A stretch of 64,000 nucleotides of DNA, from the sequence record DRR723986_22525; one strand, written 5' to 3'. Below the pieces are notes generated by a model. That model saw only the letters and a program-made list of their open reading frames with translations, was not told where the DNA came from and searched no databases. Below, piece by piece: positions 48,820-58,024 of the stretch. A program made the position numbers and the translations under genes. Each line of letters starts with the position of its first letter. Position 1 is the first letter of the stretch.

Positions 48820-49185
48820 ATGGAAAGCACAAATAAACCTTTGAATTTTTTAGTTAAAATCCTTTTGGGAGGTATTTCAGTTTTGATTGCAGAATACTTC
48901 TTATCAGGTATTCACATTGACACCTTTATAACTGGATTCATTTTAGCTGCAGTCATAATTTTAATCAATATCACGATTAAACCTCTATTGATCATTTTGA
49001 CTTTTCCTATTACCCTAGTGACTCTAGGCTTGTTTTTATTGGTGATCAATGCCTTGATGATCATGCTTGCAGATCGAATTATTCCAGGCTTTCAAGTTGA
49101 TGGCTTTTGGTGGGCAATTTTATTTGCCATTGTCTTAAGTATCATCAATTCGCTTTTTGGGAATAATTTGAATGCTACAGATTAA
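48820..49185 (+). CDS. YvlD-like 4-TM membrane protein ('phage holin family')
   Basis: IKP.L.ILT.PIT..TLGLFLLVINA, GF.V.GFW.A. Confidence 0.85.
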   Translation: MESTNKPLNFLVKILLGGISVLIAEYFLSGIHIDTFITGFILAAVIILINITIKPLLIILTFPITLVTLGLFLLVINALMIMLADRIIPGFQVDGFWWAILFAIVLSIINSLFGNNLNATD

Positions 49186-49536
49186 ACCTGCTTAGTGTAA
49201 ATATTTGATTAACAGTGATTAATATTTATGTTTAAGGGAGATTTTTAATCAAATAGAAAATAATCTCTTCAAGGTTAACTCTTTTATCCTTTCTTTTGTT
49301 AGAAGAGTGCGTATTGATAAAAAGAGTGGAATTTGATAAAATTTCTCCTAATTGCTGAGGTTCAAAAATAAAAACACCTCGTTTTCAATAATGTAATCGC
49401 TTAAAATACTCAATTTGGGTTAAGCCTTTGATCAATTGGTGAAATTCAATTAGATTTTGGTATTATATTACTATTTCATTTATTACTATTGAATTTCTAA
49501 TCACTTACTATTTTATATTCTTTAAATATTTGCCCC

Positions 49537-50100
49537 ATGTCAATATCAAATCCAGGTTTTGAACCGACTCGCATAGCTGCGTTGAAGGAAGAGCTGGGGA
49601 AGCTCGATAAAACGTTTAAAATTATTCCCGACGAAGAAAATACTGATGAATTTGTAAATTTCTATTTCATAGGAATGTATCAAGGCAAAGAAGTGATTTA
49701 TGATGCTGCCTTGTATACGCTCAGGTTGCACCACTCAAGTGAGGTATATGAATTGGCAGAACATAAAGCCGCTCAGAAATTCCCGAATTTCAAAGGAATA
49801 TCCTATGAAGAAGATGAAAATGGGAATTTAAAACCATTGACCAGTGAAGAGGAAGAGATTGGTTGGTTTATCACAGAGATCATCATGGAAATAGAGGAGG
49901 AAGAAAGTGTGAAAGTTCAGGAATTCGTGGATATAGATACGCATCACGATTTTGGAATTGGCCTAGACGCAGCTTTGAATATTGACCATATCGATGAGAA
50001 AGTGATTTCTAACTTTATCAGAGAGTTCAATGATGATACCCTGGAATTAGACGACACTATGTATGCATTTCAATCTGAAGAAGAAGACATCGAAGATTGA
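49537..50100 (+). CDS. Hypothetical acidic protein
   Basis: 187 aa ORF, Asp/Glu-rich, no recognised motif. Confidence 0.7.
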   Translation: MSISNPGFEPTRIAALKEELGKLDKTFKIIPDEENTDEFVNFYFIGMYQGKEVIYDAALYTLRLHHSSEVYELAEHKAAQKFPNFKGISYEEDENGNLKPLTSEEEEIGWFITEIIMEIEEEESVKVQEFVDIDTHHDFGIGLDAALNIDHIDEKVISNFIREFNDDTLELDDTMYAFQSEEEDIED

Positions 50101-50126
50101 TCCATTTCAAACAGAATTAAGTTACT

Positions 50127-50153
50127 ACGCTTGCTAAACCCAAGCGTTTTTTT
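50127..50153 (+). terminator. Terminator-like hairpin abutting the HDAC start codon
   Basis: acgcttg-ctaaacc-caagcgt followed by a T-run ending at ATG 50154. Confidence 0.5.
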
Positions 50154-51056
50154 ATGCTAAAAATTGCATTTTCACCTATTTACAAGCATCCTTTGCCTGA
50201 GGGCCATAGGTTTCCAATGGAGAAATATGAGTTGCTTCCCGGACAATTGCTCCACGAAGGTGTAGTAAAGGAGGAGAATTTTTTTGAACCAAAACCCATT
50301 GAGGAAAAATGGATTTTGAATACCCACACCGAAGAATATTGGAACAAACTTAAAAACCTGACCTTAACAAAATCTGAAGTTAGAGCCACAGGTTTTCCTC
50401 TGTCCAAAGAACTGGTGGATAGAGAAATTACCATATTAAATGGATCTGTCCAAGCTGCTGAATTTGCATTGAATTACGGCATAGCTATGAATATTGCTGG
50501 CGGGACTCACCATGCCTATGCAAATCGCGGCGAAGGTTTTTGTTTGCTAAATGATATTGCAGTTACTGCCAATTATTTAATTGATAATCAATTATCTAAA
50601 AATATCCTAGTCGTGGATCTTGATGTTCACCAAGGAAATGGAACAGCTAGTTTATTTGCTGAAAACCCAGACGTTTTTACTTTCAGTATGCATGGAGAAA
50701 AGAATTATCCAATGCGAAAGGAAGTTTCTGACTTGGATTGTGCTATTCCGGATGGGACAAAAGATGAGGAATACTTAAAGATTCTTGAATCTCAACTTGA
50801 GGTTATTTTGAAGAATTTCTCGCCTGACTTTATTATTTATCAATCCGGAGTAGATGTATTGGCCACCGATAAATTGGGCAGGTTGTCTATGACTTTAGAT
50901 GGAATAAAAAGGAGGGATGCTTTGGTTTTAAATCTTGCTAAATCACTCGATTCGCCAATTATGTGTTGCATGGGAGGCGGATATTCATCGAAAGTATCCC
51001 AAATAGTAGATGCACATACTCAAGTTTATAGGCTAGCTCAGGATATCTTTTTTTAG
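50154..51056 (+). CDS. Histone deacetylase family protein (class IV-like)
   Basis: HRFPM.KY, GGTHHA, GFC..ND, DLDVHQGNG, D.LG, GGGY. Confidence 0.88.
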   Translation: MLKIAFSPIYKHPLPEGHRFPMEKYELLPGQLLHEGVVKEENFFEPKPIEEKWILNTHTEEYWNKLKNLTLTKSEVRATGFPLSKELVDREITILNGSVQAAEFALNYGIAMNIAGGTHHAYANRGEGFCLLNDIAVTANYLIDNQLSKNILVVDLDVHQGNGTASLFAENPDVFTFSMHGEKNYPMRKEVSDLDCAIPDGTKDEEYLKILESQLEVILKNFSPDFIIYQSGVDVLATDKLGRLSMTLDGIKRRDALVLNLAKSLDSPIMCCMGGGYSSKVSQIVDAHTQVYRLAQDIFF

Positions 51057-51118
51057 TCAGCAAATCTTTATTTTATCCATAGATCAACTCACAATTCTTG
51101 TAAAATCAATACTTTCTT

Positions 51119-51126
51119 TATATTTG
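51119..51126 (+). promoter_or_regulatory. -7 promoter box (TATATTTG) for skp
   Basis: TAnnTTTG match 28 nt upstream of GTG. Confidence 0.55.
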
Positions 51127-51154
51127 CGCCCTTGTAATCAATAACATCAACAAA

Positions 51155-51754
51155 GTGAAAAGAGGACTAAATTTAATCGGTGCATTGAGCCTAGCTTCAG
51201 TGCTTTTATACGGCTGCGAAACTGCAGGAACTTCTACTCCGTCTGAAGGAACCACTTCAACTGAAGTAAAACAAGGCGATCTTAAGGTTGCTTTTGTTTA
51301 TACAGATAGTGTGATCAATAAATATGATTACTTCAAAACTAAATCAGAAGAGCTAACTGAAAAAGGAAAGAAATTTGAAGGAGATCTTCAAGGTAGAGCT
51401 ACAGGTTTTCAGCAAGAAGTTCAAACATTCCAACAAACTGGCGGTAACATGACTGTAAACCAACAGCGAGCAAAGCAGGAAGAGTTGGCTAAAAAAGAGC
51501 AAAATCTAATGACTTACCGTGATAATTTGATGCAGGAATTATCTGCTGACGAAGCAGCCCTTTATAGTGAAGTTTATGATAGGGTTCAGAATTACCTTAA
51601 AAAGTACGCTGAAACAAATGAGCTTACCATGATTCTAAGCTACACCAGAGGTGGTGCGGTATGGTATGGTAATGATGCTTTGGATATCACTGAGTCTGTT
51701 ATTGAAGGTTTAAATAAAGATTATACTGCAGCTCCTGCAGATTCAGCAAAATAA
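51155..51754 (+). CDS. skp: OmpH/Skp family chaperone (predicted lipoprotein)
   Basis: KVAFV.TDS, coiled coil, LDITE.VI..LN; lipobox LYGC. Confidence 0.85.
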   Translation: MKRGLNLIGALSLASVLLYGCETAGTSTPSEGTTSTEVKQGDLKVAFVYTDSVINKYDYFKTKSEELTEKGKKFEGDLQGRATGFQQEVQTFQQTGGNMTVNQQRAKQEELAKKEQNLMTYRDNLMQELSADEAALYSEVYDRVQNYLKKYAETNELTMILSYTRGGAVWYGNDALDITESVIEGLNKDYTAAPADSAK

Positions 51755-51779
51755 GCTGACATACATTTCCCTAATTATT

Positions 51780-51806
51780 AAAACCCGGCTTTGGCTGGGT
51801 TTTTTT
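51780..51806 (+). terminator. Intrinsic terminator of skp
   Basis: aaaacccggc-tttg-gctgggttttttt. Confidence 0.75.
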
Positions 51807-51853
51807 GTGGGGAAAAATTGGGTAATTTTGATCTTCCAACGAAAATTTATAGA

Positions 51854-52825
51854 ATGAAAATCACTGAATTTTTAAAGCACAATTATAGACACTTCAATGC
51901 AGCTGCCTTAATCGATGCGGCTGAAGGTTATAAAAGCCATTTAGACAATGGTGGTAAGATGATGGTAACTTTAGCAGGTGCTATGTCTACCGCTGAGCTG
52001 GGTATTTCCCTTGCTGAGATGATCCGTCAGGACAAAATCCAAATCATTACTTGTACAGGCGCAAACTTGGAAGAGGATGTTTTCAATTTGGTAGCTCATG
52101 ATTATTATGAGCGAATTCCAAATTACCGTGAGCTTACTCCAGCTCAGGAGCAGGATTTGGTAGAAAGGCATATGAATCGTGTCACTGATACTTGTATTCC
52201 GGAAATGGAAGCTATGCGGAGGATTGAAAATGTGATTTTGGAAGAGTGGGTGAAAGCAGATCAAGCGGGAGAAGCCTATTTTCCACATGAATTTTTCTAC
52301 AAGATCTTACTTTCAGGCAAGCTTGAAGACTCGTATCAAATCGATCCAAAAGACAGTTGGTTACTTGAAGCAGCCAAAAAGAACATTCCAATTATTGTTC
52401 CGGGGTGGGAAGATTCCACTTTGGGAAATATGTTTGCAGGACATGTGATCTCTGGTGATGTGAAGAATGTGCATACAGTTCGTACTGGAATTGAATACAT
52501 GATGTGCCTCGCAGAATGGTATACAAATACAGCTACTGACGAAAGTACTATCGGATTTTTCCAAATTGGCGGGGGAATTGCAGGAGACTTCCCTATATGT
52601 GTGGTGCCGATGTTGCATCAGGATCTTCAACGGGAAAATGTGCCTCTGTGGGGTTATTTCTGCCAGATTTCTGATTCGACCACTTCTTATGGTTCGTATT
52701 CTGGTGCTGTGCCAAATGAAAAAATCACATGGGGCAAACTTGGTATCGATACTCCGAAGTTCATTATCGAGTCTGATGCAACGATCGTAGCACCTTTGGT
52801 ATTTGCCATTGTGCTGGATCAATAA
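51854..52825 (+). CDS. Deoxyhypusine-synthase-like protein (probable homospermidine synthase)
   Basis: ATG 51854; TGANLEED, IGGG, GSYSGA.P.EKITWGK with catalytic Lys, DATI; -7 box TAATTTTG at 51823. Confidence 0.88.
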   Translation: MKITEFLKHNYRHFNAAALIDAAEGYKSHLDNGGKMMVTLAGAMSTAELGISLAEMIRQDKIQIITCTGANLEEDVFNLVAHDYYERIPNYRELTPAQEQDLVERHMNRVTDTCIPEMEAMRRIENVILEEWVKADQAGEAYFPHEFFYKILLSGKLEDSYQIDPKDSWLLEAAKKNIPIIVPGWEDSTLGNMFAGHVISGDVKNVHTVRTGIEYMMCLAEWYTNTATDESTIGFFQIGGGIAGDFPICVVPMLHQDLQRENVPLWGYFCQISDSTTSYGSYSGAVPNEKITWGKLGIDTPKFIIESDATIVAPLVFAIVLDQ

Positions 52826-52828
52826 ATT

Positions 52829-54454
52829 ATGAGAAAATTCAATAACGTATTTCAAAAAGCAAGTGGCGCAATGCTACTTGCTTTTTGCTTTTCATTTAAT
52901 ATTCAAGCTCAGCAAGTCATTTCACTTTCTGGCGCTAATAGTCCGCAGGATGATATGAATCCTGTTTGGATTGGAGATAATACCTTACTTTTTACCCGAG
53001 CTTTTCACCCTGATAATATCGGCGGGATCACCGATCCGGGAGATATCTGGATGACCAAAAAATCAGAATCTGGCGAATGGCAAGAGGCTGTTCACCGAGC
53101 TGATTTAAGCACTGATGGCTATGATTTTTCTTTGGGTTTAGAAGATTTTCTTACGCTTCTGGTTTATCATACAGGCGGAGAACGATTCGGGATTTATCAA
53201 TATTCGAAATTTGGAAAAGATTGGAATTTCCTCCGTCAGGTATCTATGGAGGGGCTAGCTGGTCTAACCGGTCAAGTCACTGGTAGAGTGGGGTCTGGTG
53301 GGAAAGTGATTTTTCTATCTGGAAAAGCAAAAGACTCAAAAGGTAATGAGGATATCTATGTGAGTGAAAAAATTAGTCCTATAGAGTGGTCTAAGCCAGT
53401 AAATATAGGGTCTGCAGTAAATACGATTGGACAGGAAATGAGTCCTTATTACGACAATAAATCAGGTGAATTGTATTTCTCCTCCAACATGCATGAAGGT
53501 GCAAAGGGCAAAGATATTTTTATAGCCAAAAGGTTGGGGGAAGGATGGAACAACTGGAGTCAGCCTGTTCTATGGGAGCAAGTAAGCTCTCCTGGATCAG
53601 AAGTTTCTGTCACCTTCATAACTGAGAAAGAGGTGGTTTGGACAAGTACTCAGAATAGTGATGGATTCGCAGATTTATTGACTTTCGAGACAATTATTCC
53701 ACTTGAGATTCCAGATGAATTTGTCGCAGCTGTTCCTGAACCTTCAGCACCAATTGAAAATCCGGTTAAATCTAAAACTGTATCAATTGTTCCAATTTAC
53801 CCTTCCTCAGCTGTAGGTTTTCCAGAAGTAAAAGTGACGGAACAGGAAGTTGAGCAGATAGAAATGCCGATTTCTTGGTTTGTGGTAGATGCTAAAAATA
53901 AAACTCTAGTTCCTTTTTCTATCAGTTGGAAAGTAGGCGAAACAACAATTTCAAAGAATGCTTCTGATTCTCTTAAATTATCAGATTTGAAAGTATCACA
54001 GCAAAAAGAAGTGAAGATCAGTGCTGAAGGATATTTCCCTAAGTCAGTTTTAGTCAGTGAAATCAAAACTGCAGAACCGACAGTGGTACTAATGACTAAA
54101 GCTGAGTCAGGAAGCATGCTTTTACTTGACAAAGTAAGTTTTAAACGAGGAACAGCAGAATTGGAAGGAAGCGACACCAAAGCCTCTTTGACTGAACTAG
54201 CAGGGTTCCTATTGGAAAACCCTGCAATGAAACTCAGAATTCATGGACATACAGATAGTGCTGGAGATCCGGGACTGAATAAGGCACTTTCACTGGACAG
54301 AGCAGGAAGTGTACGAGATTTTTTGATAGAGCAAGGAGTGCCTTTTGAAAGTTTGAGGATTTCAGGCTGGGGAGGAACGAGACCGACTGCCTCAAATGCG
54401 ACTGAATCGGGTAGGTCTAAGAATAGAAGGGTGGAGCTGGAGGTTGAACGATAG
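52829..54454 (+). CDS. OmpA-domain protein with PD40 beta-propeller (PorE-like, without TPR or lipobox)
   Basis: Signal IQA|QQ, PD40-like repeats, C-terminal GHTD..G...N..LS..RA, NRRVE. Confidence 0.8.
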   Translation: MRKFNNVFQKASGAMLLAFCFSFNIQAQQVISLSGANSPQDDMNPVWIGDNTLLFTRAFHPDNIGGITDPGDIWMTKKSESGEWQEAVHRADLSTDGYDFSLGLEDFLTLLVYHTGGERFGIYQYSKFGKDWNFLRQVSMEGLAGLTGQVTGRVGSGGKVIFLSGKAKDSKGNEDIYVSEKISPIEWSKPVNIGSAVNTIGQEMSPYYDNKSGELYFSSNMHEGAKGKDIFIAKRLGEGWNNWSQPVLWEQVSSPGSEVSVTFITEKEVVWTSTQNSDGFADLLTFETIIPLEIPDEFVAAVPEPSAPIENPVKSKTVSIVPIYPSSAVGFPEVKVTEQEVEQIEMPISWFVVDAKNKTLVPFSISWKVGETTISKNASDSLKLSDLKVSQQKEVKISAEGYFPKSVLVSEIKTAEPTVVLMTKAESGSMLLLDKVSFKRGTAELEGSDTKASLTELAGFLLENPAMKLRIHGHTDSAGDPGLNKALSLDRAGSVRDFLIEQGVPFESLRISGWGGTRPTASNATESGRSKNRRVELEVER

Positions 54455-54521
54455 GGAGTTGCCAGTGTCAATTTTCAGTCTCAGTTTGATAGGAAAAATA
54501 TTAGCAGTATTGATAGTTTTT

Positions 54522-54558
54522 AAAAAAGGGCTTTGAAATCAATTTTCAAAGCCCTTTT
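54522..54558. terminator. Bidirectional terminator
   Basis: aaaagggctttgaaa...tttcaaagccctttt. Confidence 0.8.
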
Positions 54559-54562
54559 CGAT

Positions 54563-56020
54563 TTATAGAGAAAAGTCTCCTCTGTAATCTCTCTTTACAA
54601 ATTGATTGGCAGGCTCGAAATTAGTGACCTTCATATTTGGTCCATCCCATACAAGTTTGATACCTCTTCCAGGGTAATCGTATTGATCAGGCTTTCCAGG
54701 AGTAGGAGTTCTGTAGTCATAGCTTCTAATAGCAAGATTACCCATCAAAACTGATTCTGTCAATGGTCCTGCAATTGAAAATGGCGAACTCAGGTTCTTA
54801 TACTCTTTTGATCCATGTCCAGCAATACAAGCTTCAACCCAGTTATTGTAGTGACCATTATCTCCACCCGGAACTCTATAAAGCGTCTCTGGTACATTTA
54901 TGTCTTTTGTCTTGGAAGTTGGAAGAAGTTGTGGATTGATTCCATAGGTAGAGCACATCATTTTTCCTTTTGTACCTTCTATGATTACTCCATTTCCACC
55001 ATCACCCATTTGTTCATTAGGAGCTAATTCTTCAGGTCTGTTTGGCTGAATACCACCATCCATCCAGTGGAATTCAAGATCTTCCTTGCCTGGTCTGTCA
55101 AATCTCAAAGTAATGTGAGAAGATGGAGGGCAGCTATCAGGAAAATATCCTCTCTGGAATTCTCCAACATACACAGATCCAACTGAGCATTCAGCTGATT
55201 TCGGATAGCCCAATCCAAGAACACGGAAAGGTGGTTCCATTATATGACAAGCCATATCACCAAGAGCACCAGTTCCATAATCCCACCAACCTCTCCAATT
55301 AAACGGCACCAAGTTTCCTACATAATCTTTATAAGGAGCAGTTCCCAGCCAAAGATCCCAATCCAAATCGGATGGAGGAGTTACTGGCTCTTTTGGCCAT
55401 TGGATACCTTGTGGCCAAACAGGTCTATTTGTCCAAGAGTAAACCTTAGTCGCTTCACCTATTAGTCCAGCTTCATACCATTCAACCATTTTACGAACCC
55501 CATCTCCTGAAGAACCTTGGTTTCCCATTTGAGTGACGACCTTGTATTTTTCAGCAGCCTGTGTGAGCATTCTAGCCTCGTAGATATCGTGAGCAAGGGG
55601 TTTTTGTACATAGACATGTTTTCCCATCTTCATGGCTGCCATAGCCGCTACAGCGTGGGTGTGATCAGGAGTAGAAACTGTGACTGCGTCAATATTATTC
55701 TGTTCCTTCTCCAGCATCTCTCTGAAGTCTTTGTAGTATTTCGCTTTAGGGTGTAGTTCCCTGCTACCTTTTGCTCTAGAGTCATCCACATCACAAAGGG
55801 CAATAAAATCAGCCTTTTCAGTTCGGGTAATTCCGCGGACATCTCCACCACCCATGCCACCAACTCCAATACTTGCTACTCGAAGTTTGTCACTTGGAGC
55901 AATAAAACCTGGTCCACCTAGGACATTTCTTGGGACAATGTAAAATCCGGCAGCAGTCAAGGCAGCACCCTTAAGGAATTTTCTCCGAGAGCTCCCAGAA
56001 CCTGAGCTATTATTTTTCAT
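54563..56020 (-). CDS. Tat-exported Gfo/Idh/MocA family oxidoreductase
   Basis: SRRKFLK twin-arginine motif, GVGGMG, STPDH.H, QKP, GDMACH. Confidence 0.9.
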   Translation of the reverse strand: MKNNSSGSGSSRRKFLKGAALTAAGFYIVPRNVLGGPGFIAPSDKLRVASIGVGGMGGGDVRGITRTEKADFIALCDVDDSRAKGSRELHPKAKYYKDFREMLEKEQNNIDAVTVSTPDHTHAVAAMAAMKMGKHVYVQKPLAHDIYEARMLTQAAEKYKVVTQMGNQGSSGDGVRKMVEWYEAGLIGEATKVYSWTNRPVWPQGIQWPKEPVTPPSDLDWDLWLGTAPYKDYVGNLVPFNWRGWWDYGTGALGDMACHIMEPPFRVLGLGYPKSAECSVGSVYVGEFQRGYFPDSCPPSSHITLRFDRPGKEDLEFHWMDGGIQPNRPEELAPNEQMGDGGNGVIIEGTKGKMMCSTYGINPQLLPTSKTKDINVPETLYRVPGGDNGHYNNWVEACIAGHGSKEYKNLSSPFSIAGPLTESVLMGNLAIRSYDYRTPTPGKPDQYDYPGRGIKLVWDGPNMKVTNFEPANQFVKRDYRGDFSL

Positions 56021-56275
56021 TAGTTTACTAGTTATGTTAAAGAGGGTTTTTGAAATTTTTCAGTAATTACTTTCTAAAATGAATAATTCATTTCACTAAG
56101 CGAAATTTGAAATTATTAAAAACTCAGCATATTACTGAACCCATTTATAAAAATACTGCTGGTAATACTGAGTTTACTTTTAATGAACTGCAATTATTCC
56201 GTTTTATTATAATTTCAATTAGCTACTGTAAGCTTATTAAAAAAAATAAATTAAGTTTACCCAAATCTTAACTCT

Positions 56276-57874
56276 ATGAAATACTCTATTTGGACATTTG
56301 CTGTACTTGCAGCATTTTCTATCAGTTCCTGCCAATCACCAATAGCTGTAAAACTGGATGAAACTGGCATCATTCCTATTCCAACTTCAATAGCTCCATC
56401 ATCAGGTGGTTTTGAAATCACTTCTAATTCCTCGATTCAATTGATTGGCAGTGGCGAAGATTTAGCGAGAGTTGGAGGTTATTTGGCTGATAGATTACGT
56501 CCTGCAACTGGTTTTGAACTTCCGGTTTCAGCTGAAAATGGTGATTTGATTTTAGAGTTGACTTCTGGAGCGGCTTCTGAGAAATATACTATTGAAATCT
56601 CGGATGAACATGTGAAGATTTCATCAACCTCTGCAGCTGGCCTTTATTATGGCATGCAAACATTAATTAAGGCGTTACCTGTTGAAATTGAAAATACTTC
56701 TGTAGTAGATATAGATTGGACAATAGGGAATGGTAAGATTGAAGATCAGCCTGAATTTTCTTACAGGGGTTCAATGCTAGATGTAGCCAGACACTTTATA
56801 AGTTTGGAAGATGTAAAGCATTACATCGACCAGATGGGAAGTTTGAAGTTGAATTACCTGCATTTGCATCTTTCAGATGATCAAGGATGGAGAATAGAAA
56901 TTAAATCATGGCCGAAATTGACTGAGATTGGAGGCAAAACTGAAGTTGGCGGTACCGAGGGAGGTTTTTACTCTCAAGAGGATTACAAAGAGATTGTAAA
57001 ATACGCAGCAGATCGATTTATTACTGTTGTACCTGAAATTGATATGCCAGGCCATACAAATGCTGCATTGGCATCTTATGCGGAATTAAACCCAGGAGTG
57101 AATTTACCAGATGGAGATTTTGCTACCCTGAAGGAAGGGCAAATTGACTTTGATATCCTTGATAAGAACCCTCAACCAGCAGAGCTTTATACGGGCATTG
57201 AAGTGGGCTTCAGTACATTTGCGACCAATAAAGAGGTTACTTATACCTTTGTAGAAGATGTGATTAAAGAACTTGTGGAACTTACACCTGGACCCTACAT
57301 TCACATTGGTGGTGATGAATCGCATGTGACTGAAAAAGATGATTACATCTATTTCGTAGAGCGAGTTCAGGAGATTGTTACCAAATATGGTAAGACTAGC
57401 ATAGGGTGGGATGAAATAGCCACAGCTAAACTAGCTCCTGGTTCAGTGGCTCAATTTTGGGCATTGGAGGAAAATGCCATGTTGGCCAAAGAACAAGGAA
57501 ATCAAATCCTGATGTCACCAGCAAAGCGGGCATATTTAGATATGCAGTATGATTCCACTTCAAGAATTGGTCTTCACTGGGCAGCATATATAGAGCTTGA
57601 TGATTCCTATAATTGGGATCCGGCTACCTATGCAGATGGGATAAATAAGTCTGACATTCTTGGAGTAGAAGCTCCACTATGGACCGAAACGATTACTAAC
57701 CGTGCGGATATCGAATACATGGCATTTCCTAGATTGGCAGCTTTGGCTGAAGTGTCTTGGTCAAGTACTGAACGGAGAAATTGGGATGATTTCAAAAAAA
57801 GAATTGCAATGCAAGGTAAACGTTGGGATATCAATGGGATAGATTTCTATCGTTCTCCAAAAGTCGATTGGTAA
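56276..57874 (+). CDS. GH20 beta-N-acetylhexosaminidase (lipoprotein)
   Basis: Lipobox ISSC, RG.MLDVARH, HLSDDQGWR, EIDMPGH, HIGGDE, LWTE, PRLAA.AE. Confidence 0.92.
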   Translation: MKYSIWTFAVLAAFSISSCQSPIAVKLDETGIIPIPTSIAPSSGGFEITSNSSIQLIGSGEDLARVGGYLADRLRPATGFELPVSAENGDLILELTSGAASEKYTIEISDEHVKISSTSAAGLYYGMQTLIKALPVEIENTSVVDIDWTIGNGKIEDQPEFSYRGSMLDVARHFISLEDVKHYIDQMGSLKLNYLHLHLSDDQGWRIEIKSWPKLTEIGGKTEVGGTEGGFYSQEDYKEIVKYAADRFITVVPEIDMPGHTNAALASYAELNPGVNLPDGDFATLKEGQIDFDILDKNPQPAELYTGIEVGFSTFATNKEVTYTFVEDVIKELVELTPGPYIHIGGDESHVTEKDDYIYFVERVQEIVTKYGKTSIGWDEIATAKLAPGSVAQFWALEENAMLAKEQGNQILMSPAKRAYLDMQYDSTSRIGLHWAAYIELDDSYNWDPATYADGINKSDILGVEAPLWTETITNRADIEYMAFPRLAALAEVSWSSTERRNWDDFKKRIAMQGKRWDINGIDFYRSPKVDW

Positions 57875-57893
57875 TCATTACAAGCGAATTTTG

Positions 57894-57917
57894 AAACCCG
57901 GCTTCTGTCGGGTTTTT
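57894..57917 (+). terminator. Intrinsic terminator of the GH20 gene
   Basis: aaacccggc-ttct-gtcgggttttt. Confidence 0.7.
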
Positions 57918-58024
57918 GTTTGCTAAGCTGTCTATATTCTTTGATTTTCATTAAAATGAACCTAATATGGACCTTAATTTTAAAATCACACAATCAATTA
58001 GATTGCTTTAACTAGAATATTTTT

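Noticed and set aside
48820..49185. 'Phage holin' as evidence of a prophage
   Set aside because: It is a YvlD-like housekeeping membrane family, and no endolysin, integrase or structural phage genes are present in the window.
49186..49536. Possible replication origin in the AT-rich gap
   Set aside because: I found no convincing DnaA boxes. By-eye codon strand bias (plus-strand genes G/T-rich, minus-strand genes C/A-rich) looks the same on both sides, so there is no skew switch. A cumulative GC-skew plot would settle this.
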